A DNA stretch of 64,000 nt from Camelus dromedarius (taxonomy: Eukaryota): NCBI RefSeq assembly GCF_036321535.1, contig NC_087436.1, forward strand, positions 27,096,001 through 27,160,000, written 5' to 3'. Both the position numbers and the translations under genes were made by a program. Shown piece by piece: positions 28,196-40,103 of this stretch. Position 1 is the first letter of the stretch. The number at the start of each line of letters is the position of its first letter. Below the pieces are notes generated by a model. It saw only the letters and a list, made by a program, of their open reading frames with translations. It made no database searches and was not told the origin of the DNA.

Positions 28196-28509
28196 ACATT
28201 CTGTATATTTTAAACAGCATTTTTGTTTGTTGTGATATTCAATGTAACATCAGTTTCATGAGCTGCATCACACAAAAAAAGGGAGAACTCTATAAAGCTG
28301 TAATATCTACACTATATTCCTCATTTTGGATAGTCACCAACACATTAGCACATTAAATGTTATTAAAATTTTGTGGATATTCCAATTACTGAAGAAAGAC
28401 AACCCGATTTACGTGTCATGAAAGTTATTATTGTCCTTGGAACGCAAACTAACTGGGAAATGGAGATGGAAAGTCTTCCTCTCACATACATTAAAAAAAA
28501 AAAAAAAAG

Positions 28510-28719
28510 CACTCTTGAACAACACAGAGGTTAGGGGGACTGACCCTCCATGCAGTGGAAAAATCTGAGTGAAATTACAGTTGGCCCTCTGTATCCAGGA
28601 TTCTGCATTCTTGAATTCAACCAACGTCTAATCTTGTAGTACTGTAGTATTTATTGAAAAATATCAATTTATAAGTGGACTTGCACAGTGAAGACGCATG
28701 TTGTTTAAAGGTCAACTGC
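28510..28719. mobile_element. TcMar-Tigger MITE (Tigger2a/MER8-like)
   Basis: CTTGAACAACACAGAGGTTAGGGG...ATAAGTGGACTTGCACAG...CATGTTGTTTAAAGGTCAACTG; terminal inverted repeat remnants. Confidence 0.8.
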
Positions 28720-29109
28720 ATATACACACACTTGCTTTACTTTCTGTAATGTCTACTCTCTTAAAAATAAAAACTTTTAGTCATTTTACAATGTTGTATC
28801 AAATTCTAGTGTAGAGCACAATTTTTCAGTTATACATGAACATATATATATTCATTGTCGCATTTTTTTTTCACCATGAGCTACCACAAGATCTTGTATA
28901 TATTTCCCTGTGCTATACAGTATAATCTTGTTTATCTTTCTGCATTTTAAAATCCCAGTCTGTCCCTTCCCACCCCCCGCCCCCTTGGCACCCTCAAGTT
29001 TGTATTCTATGTCTATGAGTATGTTTCTGTTTTGTATTTATGGGTTTTTTTTTTCAGATTCCACATATGAGCGATCTTATATGATATTTTTCTTTCTCTT
29101 TCTGGCTTA

Positions 29110-29421
29110 CTTCACTTAGAATGACATTCTCCAGGAACATCCATGTTGCTGCAAATGGCGATTGTTGTCGGTTTTTGTGGCTGAATAGTATTCCATCATA
29201 TAAGTATACCACTTCTTCTTTATCCAGTCATCTGTTGATGGACATTTAGGCTGTTTCCATGTCTTGGCTGTTGTAAATAGTGCTGCTATGAACGTTGGGG
29301 TGCAGGTGTCATCCTGAAGTAGGGTTCCTTCTGGATTTATGCCCAGGAGTGGGATTCCTGGGTCATATGGTAAGTCTATTCCTAGTCTTTTGAGGAATCT
29401 CCATACTGTTTTCCACAGTGG
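29110..29421 (-). pseudogene. L1 ORF2 C-terminal remnant
   Basis: Minus-strand translation [32 protein letters not shown]...[33 protein letters not shown]. Confidence 0.92.
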
Positions 29422-29564
29422 CTTTCCTTGCTTCCTTCTCCCAGTCTTAATTATTTAGATGTCTTCTTTTACAATTTTGTCTTTAATCTTTTTGTAATTC
29501 ATGGCAGTTATCTCCTTTCCAGTCATGAGTTTCTCATTTTTGTGGCATCCTGCTGCTTTTCTAT

Positions 29565-30464
29565 TTAGAGTAGACCTGTCAATATTTCTTTTAGCATGGG
29601 TTTAATGTTGCTAAACTTTTTTAGTTTTTGCTTGTCTGTGAAGTTCTTTATCTCTCCTTCTGTTCTAAAGGATAGCCTTGCTGGATAGAGTATCCTAGGC
29701 TACATCTTTTTTTCATTCAGGACTTTGAATATATCTTGCCCCTCCCTTCTGGCCTGTAGTGTTTGTGTAGAGAAATCAGCTGAGAGCCTTACGGGGGTTC
29801 CCTTGTAACTCACTCTTTGTTTTTCTCTAGCTGTCTTTAGGATCATTTCTTTATCCTTGACTCTGGCCATCTTGATTATGATATGTCTTGGTGTGGGTCT
29901 GTTTGGGTTCTTCCTGTTTGGGACCCTCTGCATCTCCTGTACTTGGATATCTGATTCCTTTAGGTTTGGGAAGTTTTCAGTCATGATGTCTTCAAATACC
30001 TTTTCAATCCCCTTTGTTCTTTCTTCACCTTCTGGAACCCCTATTATGCGTAGATTGGCACGCTTTATATTATCCTATAGGTCCCTTAAATTGTTTTCCT
30101 TGTTTTTTATTTGTTTTTCTCTCAGCTGTTCTGATTGGGTGCTTTCTGTTGTCCTGTCTTGTAGGTCACTTATTCGTTCCTCTGCATTATCTAGCCTGCT
30201 TTGTACAGCCTTTATATCAGCTCTCATCTCAGCAAATGAGTTTACTAATTCTACTTGGTTCTTCTTTATAGCTTCTATTTCATTTTTGACATATTTTATA
30301 TCTCTAAACACTATTTCTTTAAGTTCCTTCAGTACTTTGATCAGTCCTTTTTTGAGATCTTGATCTAGTAGGCCATCAATGTCTATTTCCTTGATCATGC
30401 TTTCAGGGGATTTCTCTTGATCTTTTAATTGGGAGTGGTTCCTCGGCTTCTTCATATTGCTCAT
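29565..30464 (-). pseudogene. L1 ORF1p (300 codons including stop), two in-frame premature TAG stops, no frameshift
   Basis: MSNMKKPRNHSQLKDQ...coiled coil...RDL*DNIKRANLRIIGVPEGEE...RPTPRHIIIKM...KGTPVRLSADFS...KM*PRILYPARLSF...LKEILTGLL*; stops at 30075-30077 and 29700-29702. Confidence 0.95.
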
Positions 30465-31800
30465 ATCTCTCTGGCACTGTGGCTTAAGGAGTATCAGTTA
30501 TCTAGTTCTCCTGGAGATGGTGTGCTCTTAATGATTTTATCAAGAGGTCTTTGTGTCTTCGCTCTGTTTTGCGAACTCAGCTTGCTGTTTTCAGAGGCCC
30601 TCTGTTGGCGCCTTCATCTGCGCTGCTCCAGTGCCTGTCAGCTAGCAGTTTGCACCTCTCCTAATACTGGGTCAGGTGCTGAGCCCTTACCCAGTTGGCG
30701 GGTGGGTCACTCCCCCTCCTGATGCCACAGTCAGATGCTGCGCTCCGGTGAGGCAAGTGGGCGGATTGTGCCCCCTCCCAGCACTGTGGTCAGGTGCTGC
30801 CTTCCTGCCAGGAAGGTGGGGGGCCGCCCACCCTCTCCCAGCGCCAGTCGCTCCACTGCTCTGTGCATGTGCCCACTCCGCCTCGGGTCAGAGCTCTGAA
30901 GTTGGGCTCGAGGAAGACTGCAGAACGGCCCCGCCCCTGCTCTGTGCCAAATCTCAGCTCCTTGTTTGTCTTGGCCTGGCCGGCGTGAGTTCTCTGAGGT
31001 GCCAGGGCAGAAAGATCCTATCTGCCTTGGGCTGTAAACAAGTCTCAGTCCTGCCTAGGAGGTTGCGGAGCCCCGGGGTATGGATTCAGGGCTTGGCCCC
31101 ACCCCCACCTGGGTGCTGCGCACAGGAGATGGTGGCTGTGGCTGCACCCTGCCTCTCTTCATGGGAGAAGCGCCAGTAATGGCGGCGCAGGTCTGAGGAG
31201 ACAGAGGCTACGGCGCCCTTCCCCCTAGGGCACACCAGCCGTGTTGCTTTGCTTTTTTCACAATTTATGGGGGACTGAGGTTGTTCTGCTCCATATCCCC
31301 TCCCAGCCACGGTGCGCAGCACCCTGCAGTCCCCCAGGGCTGTCTCAGTGCAGCCGCCCCAGTCCTCCGCCCGGCTCCGGAGGCCTGTCTCAGCCCCCAG
31401 CTGCCTGCTCACGTCTCGGGCTGGGTGTCGTGGGGACCCTTTGTGCCCATTTAACTCAGTTCTGTTGGTCAAGGGGTGCTCAAGGCAGATCTGAGCCTCG
31501 GAGGCTCCCCCTCCGTCCCGCTGGCCTCTCCGTTGGAGGGGGGAGACCCAGCGAACGAGCGCCAGCCCTCCTTTGCAGCTCCCTCCCCGCAGGACCAGTC
31601 CCGCACTGTTTTGCTTTTTCTTCTTTCTTTTTTCCTTTTCTCCTACCAGAGTTTTTGCGTCTTTGTCTTTCGAAGAGGACGATGTTCTGTCGGAGTTCGG
31701 CAGGTGCTCTGGTTGACTGAGTGGGTCCGTAGATGTGAGTTTTGGTGTATTTGTGGGAGAGGGTGAGCTACAAGCATCCTTCTACTTCGCCACCTTGCTC
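30465..31800 (-). promoter_or_regulatory. L1 5' UTR, GC/CpG-rich internal promoter region
   Basis: The only extended CpG-rich stretch in the window; lies upstream of ORF1; minus strand begins GAGCAAGGTGGCGAAGTAG (variant of the CAAGATGGCG YY1 motif). Confidence 0.85.
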
Positions 31801-31909
31801 TAAAAACTTTTATTTTATTTTTAAGTTTTTATTAATACTTCTTTCTAATAGAGGGTGTATTTGCAATGTATAGCCAAAAGTAAGAATAGCTACCTCTTAA
31901 AGAAAATTC

Positions 31910-32090
31910 AATATGCATTAGGTACTGGGCAGAATTCTTAAAATGTGTATCACATTTTAGTCTCTTTAGAATTCTACCAAATGGAGGAACTGAGGCTTGG
32001 TGATATCAACTAACTTGGTCATGGACACTCAGCATGTCATCAGTGGAGCTTAGATAGGGTAACATTGAAGTATTATTTCCAAACACTACA
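31910..32090. mobile_element. MIR SINE remnant
   Basis: AAATGGAGGAACTGAGGCTTGGTGATATCAACTAACTTGGTCATGGACACTCAGC...AGTGGAGCT resembles the MIR core. Confidence 0.65.
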
Positions 32091-32550
32091 GTATGTGGTC
32101 TCTAAGATCTCAGGTAAATCCATTAATTTATCAGATGTTTATTGAGTACTTACTTTGTACCAGGTACTGACTGTTCTAAGTGCTGTTGAGAGGGGAGACA
32201 CTATTAAAATCTAATAATAAAGCTATGAACAAAATATACAAACAAACAAACAAACTAGCTTTTGTGGAGCTTAATGAAGAAAAACGTACAATGCAATGAA
32301 TACTTTGCAGGGTATTTTAGAAGGTATAAGCTTTGGAAATGCATAAAAATGGATAAGGAGGGCCAAGAATGATAAGGGAAGGGTAGTGGTGAGAGGGACA
32401 TAATTTGGATATAAAAATACACTTTTCTAATTTACAGAATGGAAAACTAGCAGTTGATGAATTATTCAGGTTACAATTCTTATATCTCTTATTCTGGTTA
32501 AGAGTTTAATTTATGAAGTAAAGGAAGAGTAGAAAAAGACATACTGCTAC

Positions 32551-34620
32551 TTATTTATTTTTACTGGTAAAAAATATGTATTCCCCATTTTAACCATTTA
32601 TAAGTGTACAGATCTGTGGCATTGAGTACATTCATAATGTGGTGTAACCATCACCCCTATCCACCTCCAGAACATTTTTTGTCAGAACATTGTCATCATC
32701 ACAGAAACTCTGTGTCTATTTAACAGTCATGCCCCATTTCCCCCTCTCTGCAGCCTGTGGTAACAACTACTCTACTTTCTGTGCCTGTGAATTTGGCCTA
32801 TTCCAAGTACCTCATATAAGTCATGTCGTACAATATTTGTCCTTTCGGTCTGGCTTATTTTGCTTAGCACAAGATCATTAAGGTTCATCTATATTGTAGT
32901 GTGTATCAGAATTTCACTGCTTTTTAAGGCTGAATAATATTCTATTCTATGTATATACTCCATGTTGTTAATCCACTCATCCATCACTGGACATTTGGGT
33001 TGTTTCTGCCTTTGAATTTTGTTAATAATCCTGCTATGAACATAGATATACAAAAGTCTGTTCATGTCTCTGCTTTTAGTTCTTTCTGGTATGTAATCAA
33101 AAGTGGAATTGTTGGCTCTCATGTTAATTCTATGCTTAATTTTTATGAAGAACCATCATACGTTTTCCACAGTGGCTGTACCATTTTGCATTCCCACCAG
33201 TAATGCACAAGGGTCCTAATTTCTCCACATCCTTGTCAACATTTGTTACTATGTCTTTTTTTTTAACTGCATTTATCTAATGATTTGTGATCTTGAATGT
33301 TGTTACATGTGCATTAAGCAATATTTACATGCTATAAGTGCAGTTATCATTGTGCTTATTAGCAATTTGTGTATCTTCTTTGAAGAAATGTTTATTCAAA
33401 TCCTTTGCCCATTTTAATGGAATTTTTGTTGTTGTTTGTGTTTGCTGAGTTTTAGGAGTTTTTTTGTTTTGTTTTGTTTTGTTTTTACATTTTGGAGGTT
33501 AATTCCTTATGATAGATATGATTTGCAAATAATACTTCCATTCTGTGGGTTGCTTTTTCAGTTTCTTAATAGCGTCCTTTCATGAAAAAAACTTTTTAAT
33601 TTTGTTGTAGTAAAATTTACAGTTTTTTCTTTTTTTAACTGTACTGTTGGTGTCATATCCAAGAAATCATTGACAAACTCAATACCATGAAGCTTTTCCC
33701 TTTATTTTCTTCTAAGCATTTCATAGTCTTAGCTTTTACATTTAGAAATTTAATCCCTTTCTAATTATTTTTTGAATATGGTGTAAAGTAAGGGTCCAAC
33801 TTTATTTTTTCAATAATGATACCCATTTCTCCTAGCAACTTTTGACTGCCCTTTCCTTTTTGAGTTATCTTGCCACCCTTGTCAAAAATCATTTAATCAT
33901 ATGTGTGAAGATTTAGTACTGAGTTCACTATTCCATTTTATTCCATGCCATTCATCTTTAAGTTTGTCTTTATGCCAGTCCAACACTGTTGCAATTACTG
34001 TAGCTTTGAATAGGTTTTGAAATCAAGAAGTGTGATTGATTTCATGAACTTTGTTCATCCTCTTCAAAGTTACTTTGAGTAGTTTGAGGTCTCTTAAGAT
34101 TCCATATAAATTTTAGTATAGGTTTTTCTGCATCTGCAAAGAATACCACTGGGTTTTGATAGAGATTACATTGAATCTGTAAATTGTTTTGGGTAATATT
34201 GACATCTTAAAAATATTAAGTCTTCTAGTTTATGGACATGGAATGCCTTTCCATTTATTCATTATTTCCATTTAATGACTTTCATCAGTGTTCTGTAGTT
34301 TTCATTGCACAAGTTGTTTACTTCCTTGATTAATTTTTCCTAAGTAGGTTTTTTATTTTAAATGTTTTTGTAAGACGGATTGTTTTCTCTCTCTTTCTCT
34401 CCTTTTTTTTTTCTTGCAGTTTTCATTGTTTGTATAGAAATGTGAATGAATGTGCTGATTTTGTGTTCTAAAACCTGTTGAATATATTTACAAGGTTTAA
34501 CAATTGTGTCTCTGTGTGTGTGTAATCTTTAGGCATTTTTTATTAATAAAATCATATCATCTGTAAAAAGAGATAATTTTACTTTCTTTGCAATTTGGAT
34601 GTCTTTTATTTATTTATTGC
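32551..34620 (-). mobile_element. Old L1 (L1MB-like) 3' ~2 kb
   Basis: 3' UTR CCATTTTAACCATTTATAAGTGTACAG...GGCATTGAGTACATTCA and degenerate ORF2 (KQPKCPVMDEWIN...EYYSALK). Confidence 0.9.
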
Positions 34621-35440
34621 TCTTTCTGAAATTTTCATGAAATGCTTGGAGAAATCACTTCTCAACTGCCTCTCTTTTTTGAAGGAGGCCTAGGAGCCCT
34701 GAATCTGACATTTACAGACATATGTAAAGGACAGGTACTTTCTGAGGGTCCTGAAGGTAAAAAATGATGAAGGTAGATGTTAGAGAGGTTCAGACAGAGC
34801 TATAAGGACTTGTGTCTGAGAGATTAGTGCCTGAGTCCAGTGGGAAGGTGCACCTGATGTCTCTGTCTCTGTACACTACAACTCCAAGCTCTGTGATATT
34901 ATAAATTCAAGAACTCTGTCACCATGGTCCCAGTTATTCTGTGGTGAAATACCTGTGGAAAGTCTTGTCACACAAAGGAGATGGATTTTCTCTATTAAAG
35001 GTAAAGGGAAAAGTTTACTTTTGATTGGAAGTTAAAAAACAGATGGAAGAGGCTGATACAGCAAGTCCATTGATCACCTGTGATTAACAGAACCACTGTG
35101 ACCTTAAATGGGTCTATGATAAGAGTGGCCCCCAGGTCTGGACTGCAATTACTATGAGCATTTGTGAGAAGCTCCCTCTCCATGATGATAAGAACCACAG
35201 ATTCCTAGAGGGAACAACTGAACAGCAGCACCCAAGAAAGAAGATTCCTGCTAATTAAGTAGGTATAAGTTCTAAGCATTCAGAATTGAACTGTTCAATT
35301 AAATGTGAACAATTTGTAAGTAATATGGTTTAAGAAAGTAAAGACCAGGATGTAAAATTTAAGTTTACAAAGAGAGTCATTCTTAGGAAGAAGATATACA
35401 AAATTTTTCACAAAAAAAAATTCAAAATACCCTAAATCTC

Positions 35441-35832
35441 TGTAATGGTTAATTTTATGTATCGACTTGGCTGAGCCATAGTATTTAGATTTTTGGCCAA
35501 ATGTCATTCTGGATGTTTCTCTGAGGTGGTTTTTGCATGAGACTTTGAGAAAAGGAGATAACCCTCTAGAGTGTGAGTGGATGTCACCCAGTCAGCTGAA
35601 GACCTACACAGAACAAAAGACTGACCTTCTCCAAGCAAGAGGAAATTCTGCCAACAGACAGCCTTCAGAATGAATTGCAGCACTGGCTCTTCCCTGAATT
35701 TTAGCCTGACAGCCTATCATACAAATTTGGAACTTTTCCTCCATAATTGCATAAACCAATTCCTTAAAATAAATCTCTCTTTAGATACACATCCAATTGG
35801 TTCTGCTTCTCTCAAGAATCCTGACTGTTACA
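35441..35832 (+). mobile_element. ERVL LTR (MLT2C/D-like)
   Basis: TGTAATGGTTAATTTTATGTATCGACTTGGCTGAGCC...CCAATTCCTTAAAATAAATCTCTC...TTGGTTCTGCTTCTCT...CCTGACTGTTACA. Confidence 0.88.
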
Positions 35833-37929
35833 AGCTCCAAATGTAGACTAGAGACAAAGTGGACATCATAACAGCTATTTCAGGACAGATAGGAAATGCA
35901 GAGACAACTTCGGGAAGCATGAAGATGCTAACATATAGAGCAAGAGGTTATAGTAGTAACTCACACTAAGGTGGGGAGGACAGCAATCTGTGTAATGTGG
36001 GCTCTTGCTGCCACAAGAGACTAATGAGTGCACTTGTGACAATACCGCTCATTAATGAGTGCAGGGGAAATCAATTTAATACATAAAGCAGGATTATCAA
36101 ATAAAATAGTGACTTGTAGATTCAATACAGTGGGAAACTGAATAAGTTTATTAAATGCACAGCTGATAAATTCTCCTATATAAATAAAAAGAATATTAAC
36201 AGGATGAGCAAAATGATGAGAAGCAAAGAGTACATCCAGAAGAGCCAATAACTATATAAGACAAACTCCAGAAAGAAAGCACAGTGTAGATAGAGGAGAG
36301 TAATTCTCAAAGTAAAATTTAAAAAAAACAAAAAGTAATGATTTGAAAACTGACACAAACTTACAAAATGAGTCTTTCGATTACAAGACAACCAACGGAA
36401 AAAGGTGAATCCTCTCCAGTGTACCCTCCTCACCACCACTTACACACACACGAGCAGTGCTAGCATTTACTGACAATTTTATTTTTAATTTTAAGGGTAA
36501 AGAAAAAAATCCATAAGGCAAAAATATACACAATGCCTTATATTTCATACTGAAGAGGTCACATTTGTATATAAAGTTGAAAATAATGCATAATGACTCT
36601 GGTATTCAAATGTTTCCATCAAATAGTGTTTTAAAATTTTATTGTCACTTTAATTATCCAGTTATAACTACATCTGTATCTATCTACCAATCTATCAATA
36701 TATCTATCTATTGATATATCTTTGCAGTTTGTCATTTACTTTTAGTTTTTCTTTTCTATTAAATTCCTGAAAAAGATACTTAGTAAATATATACATATAT
36801 TCCATAATAATAATGTAAGCAGTATTCATGAATGTTGTCTCCTGAGCAGATAGAAAGGATTTATTTATTTTCCTTTTATACTTCTCACTATTACTTATTT
36901 ACTTATATTACTATTATCATTATTTACTTATTATTTTACTTATTATCACATTTTTAATTTTAAGCATTTATCATTTGTACAAAAACAATCAAGTCATTAT
37001 TCTTTGAAGGAAAATGCCAAAGTTTTACTCAAGGTTTTTACTCAAAAAAAATAGTTTTATAATCTAAAAAGAAGAGGCTAAGTGTGAAACTCGAGGTGTT
37101 ATTTTTTTAGAGTTACAAAGTAATTGTAACAAAAATATAAATGATAACATAGCACAGAATATTATAATAAATTATAGTAAAATAGCAAAAATAAAACAAA
37201 TCCTGTAACTGTCTCTAAAAGGGCTAAAATTTTTCTGAGATCACAAACCTAAAATATAAAAATAACTAAGAAAAATTGAAAATAATCAATGGGCTAATTT
37301 CTCCTCAAAAAAGTTTAAAAAGTCAGTGATTTTAATGATTCAAAAGGAGTCTTTAATATTTTTAATGTATAGATGAATCTTGTACTCAAATTTTACAGTG
37401 CCAAATCATAAGAGAGGATAGGAAAGCATTCTTTTTACTTTAAGGTAGCATGATTACTTCCAAAACTTGTCATATACTGCAGAGGCAGACAGACAAAAAG
37501 AGAGTTACAGAGAAATGTTCTAAAAACTTCCAATATATGTGAAAATAATAGTTCCCATATGATCTTTTTTCAATAATTCAATATTACTTATTTAACAGAT
37601 TATCAGATCAACAGAGAAAAACAATATAGTGTTCTCAAAAGCTGCTGTTAGGGATTGTCATATCTGTCCTTCTGCAAAGCCACCTACTTACTGGCATTAG
37701 TAATGATTTCTATTTAGAAGCTAATAGAAATTTCACTTTGTGGAATTTTCAGGTAAGAGTGAACAAAGTTTATCATCATGGAATAAAATGCTTTTCTTAC
37801 ATTGCTAAAATTATCAAGTTGGGATCAGTAAAAATATAAAATCTGAACTAATTCAGGTCTAAAGTAATTAGGTGAATTAATAATGATCTGATTTGGGGTA
37901 CAGCAGGGATTTGTTTTTTTTTTCACTTT

Positions 37930-38234
37930 TGCATTGTATTCCATTTCCACCTGAGACCTTATCAGAAGGACTTTTATGGTCCATATTTTTACCGACATTC
38001 TGTTCAGGATCACTTAGGTATTCTCCAAGATGCATGAGGCTTTCTCTATAGCTCTCTCCCTCTCCTTCTCGGCCCTCATGAGAATCACCTTTCACAGTCC
38101 ATTCATGGCAGTGTAGGCTTTTTCTAGTATGCATCTCAAAATTCTCCCATTCTCTGTCAATTACCCATTTCCAAAACTGTTTTCCCTGTTTTAGATCTTT
38201 GTTATAACATCCCTACTTTTCAGTGCCAGTTTTC
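37930..38234 (-). mobile_element. MaLR internal sequence (MLT1A-int-like) adjoining the LTR
   Basis: Minus strand continues from the LTR end as GAAAACTGGCACTGAAAAGTAGGGATG...TTTTGGAAATGGGTAA...GAATTTTGAGATGCATACTAGAAAAAGCCT. Confidence 0.75.
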
Positions 38235-38592
38235 TGTCATGGTCTGGGCTGCTAAAATAAAATACACAGACTGGGTAGGTTATAAACAGAAATGTATTTC
38301 TCACAGTTCTGGAGGCTAGGAATTCCAAAACCAAGGCTCCATCATGGTCGTATTCTGCTGAGGGCCCTCTTCCTTGTTCATACTCGGCACCTTCTTCCTG
38401 TGTCCTCACATGGTGAAAAGAGGTTAGCAAGCTCTCTGGGCTTCTTTTATAGGGAGACTAATCCCATTCATAAGGGCTCTACCTTCATGATCTAAGCACC
38501 TTCTAAATGACTTACCTCTTAATATCATCACATCGGACATTAGGATGCCAACAAATGCATTTTGGGTGGACCTAAACACTCAGACTATAGCA
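38235..38592 (-). mobile_element. MaLR LTR (MLT1A0-like), complete
   Basis: Minus strand TGCTATAGTCTGAGTGTTT...ATGAATGGGATTAGT...CATGTGAGGACACAG...GCCTCCAGAACTGTGAGAAATA...GACA. Confidence 0.9.
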
Positions 38593-38679
38593 CACTGTGT
38601 GAGCGTATCACAAATCATCTGTCATTTGTACCAGTGACAGTGTTGTTTTCAAACTGGGACATCTGTGAATTATACAGTT

Positions 38680-39165
38680 ATAAACATTCCAGTTCACTTC
38701 TCTTATTTTGTATAAGAATTGCTGGTTCCTCAAGTATATGTATATATGTGAAAATTAGTAGATAATACCAGAAAGTTCCCCCAAGTATTTACATCAATTT
38801 ACACTCTTACTACCTTTACATGAAAGTTATCTATGCTTGTTTACTTTTGATATTTCCAAGGATTGTATTTGGATATTCTGAGTGTATAAAGATGGATCTC
38901 ATTGTAATTAATTTGCATTTACCTGATGAACAATGAGGTTGAGCATCACTGTATCTTTTTTGACCATTTGAATATCCTCTTTAATAAACCACTTGATCAT
39001 GTCTTTCGTTCATTTGTTTTTTTCTGTTGCTTTTCCCTCTGTTGATTTACAGGTGTTGTTCAGAGAGGCTAGACTATATTTGGCCCACAAATTCTTTTAC
39101 CATTATTTATATTTAAAAATGTCTTCTCCAAATTGTAGTTTGTACTTTTATACTCTAATGATCTT
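38680..39165 (-). mobile_element. Very old L1 ORF2 3' fragment
   Basis: ATCTCATTGTAATTAATTTGCATTTACCTGATGAACAATGAGGTTGAGCATC...GACCATTTGAATATCCTCTTT. Confidence 0.7.
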
Positions 39166-40103
39166 TAAAAAGGAAAAGCAGTAACTTTACTGAGATATAA
39201 TTTATATAACATTGAATTCACGTTTTTAAACTGTAGCAATACAATTTTTGTAGTATATTCAAAGAGTTGTGAACCATTACATCACCCTGATTTTAGAATA
39301 CTTACATCTCAAGACAAGAAGCCTCTTATCCATTAATAGTCACTCCTCATCTACCCATCCCAGTAGTCCTAGGCAACACGAAGCTATTTTATGTCTCTAC
39401 AAATTTGCCTTTTCTGGACATTTTATATAAAAGGAATAATAAAATATGTGATCTTTTCTGATTTTTTTTTTCATTTAGCATAATATTTTCTGGGTTCATC
39501 CATATTGCAGAATGTGTCAATACTTCACTCTTTTTTTGTTGCCAAAATGCATTCATTGCATGGCTATGCCATGGTTATTTATCCATTCATCAGTTGATGG
39601 TTTGAGTAGTGTATAATTTTTGGCTATTATAAATAATGCCATTTTGAACATTTATGCATACATTGTTTGTGGACTTATATTTTCATTTCTCTTGGGTAAA
39701 ATTTTTAACTCTTAAGTTTTTGAAGAACTGACAAACTGTATTCAAAAGTAAGTGCACAATTTTGCATCTCTGCTAACGATATATATAAAGCTCCAATTCT
39801 TCACATACTTGTTGTCAACACTGACATTTTGACCAGTGCATTCCTAGTAGGTGAGAAGTTGTATTTCATTGTGATTTCTGTATGCAGTGCACTAATGACT
39901 AATGATGATGACCAACTTTGTATGTTCATATTACATACCCCTTTGGAGAAATGTCTTTGCATATAATTTACCGTATTTAATTATTTACCTTTTTATTATT
40001 GAGTTGTAAGAGTTCTTTCTAGATACTGGATACAGGTTCCTTATCAGATAACATGACTTTCACGTGTTTTTTTTTTCATTCTGTGAGTTGCCTTTCACCT
40101 TTT

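Larger units (their letters stand above)
28780..31800 (-). mobile_element. Internally deleted L1: 5' UTR + ORF1 + part of spacer + ORF2 C-terminus + 3' UTR
   Basis: 12-bp TSD TAAAAACTTTTA at 28768-28779 and 31801-31812; ORF1 homology; junction to ORF2 C-terminus at 29422-29423. Confidence 0.95.

Noticed and set aside
29857..30363. 168-aa hydrophobic plus-strand ORF resembling a membrane protein
   Set aside because: It is the antisense shadow of the A-rich L1 ORF1
30429..31766. Cluster of 60-167 aa ORFs on both strands, possible ORF0-like antisense product
   Set aside because: All lie in the GC-rich L1 5' UTR where stop codons are rare; several depend on non-ATG starts, and none has a recognisable domain
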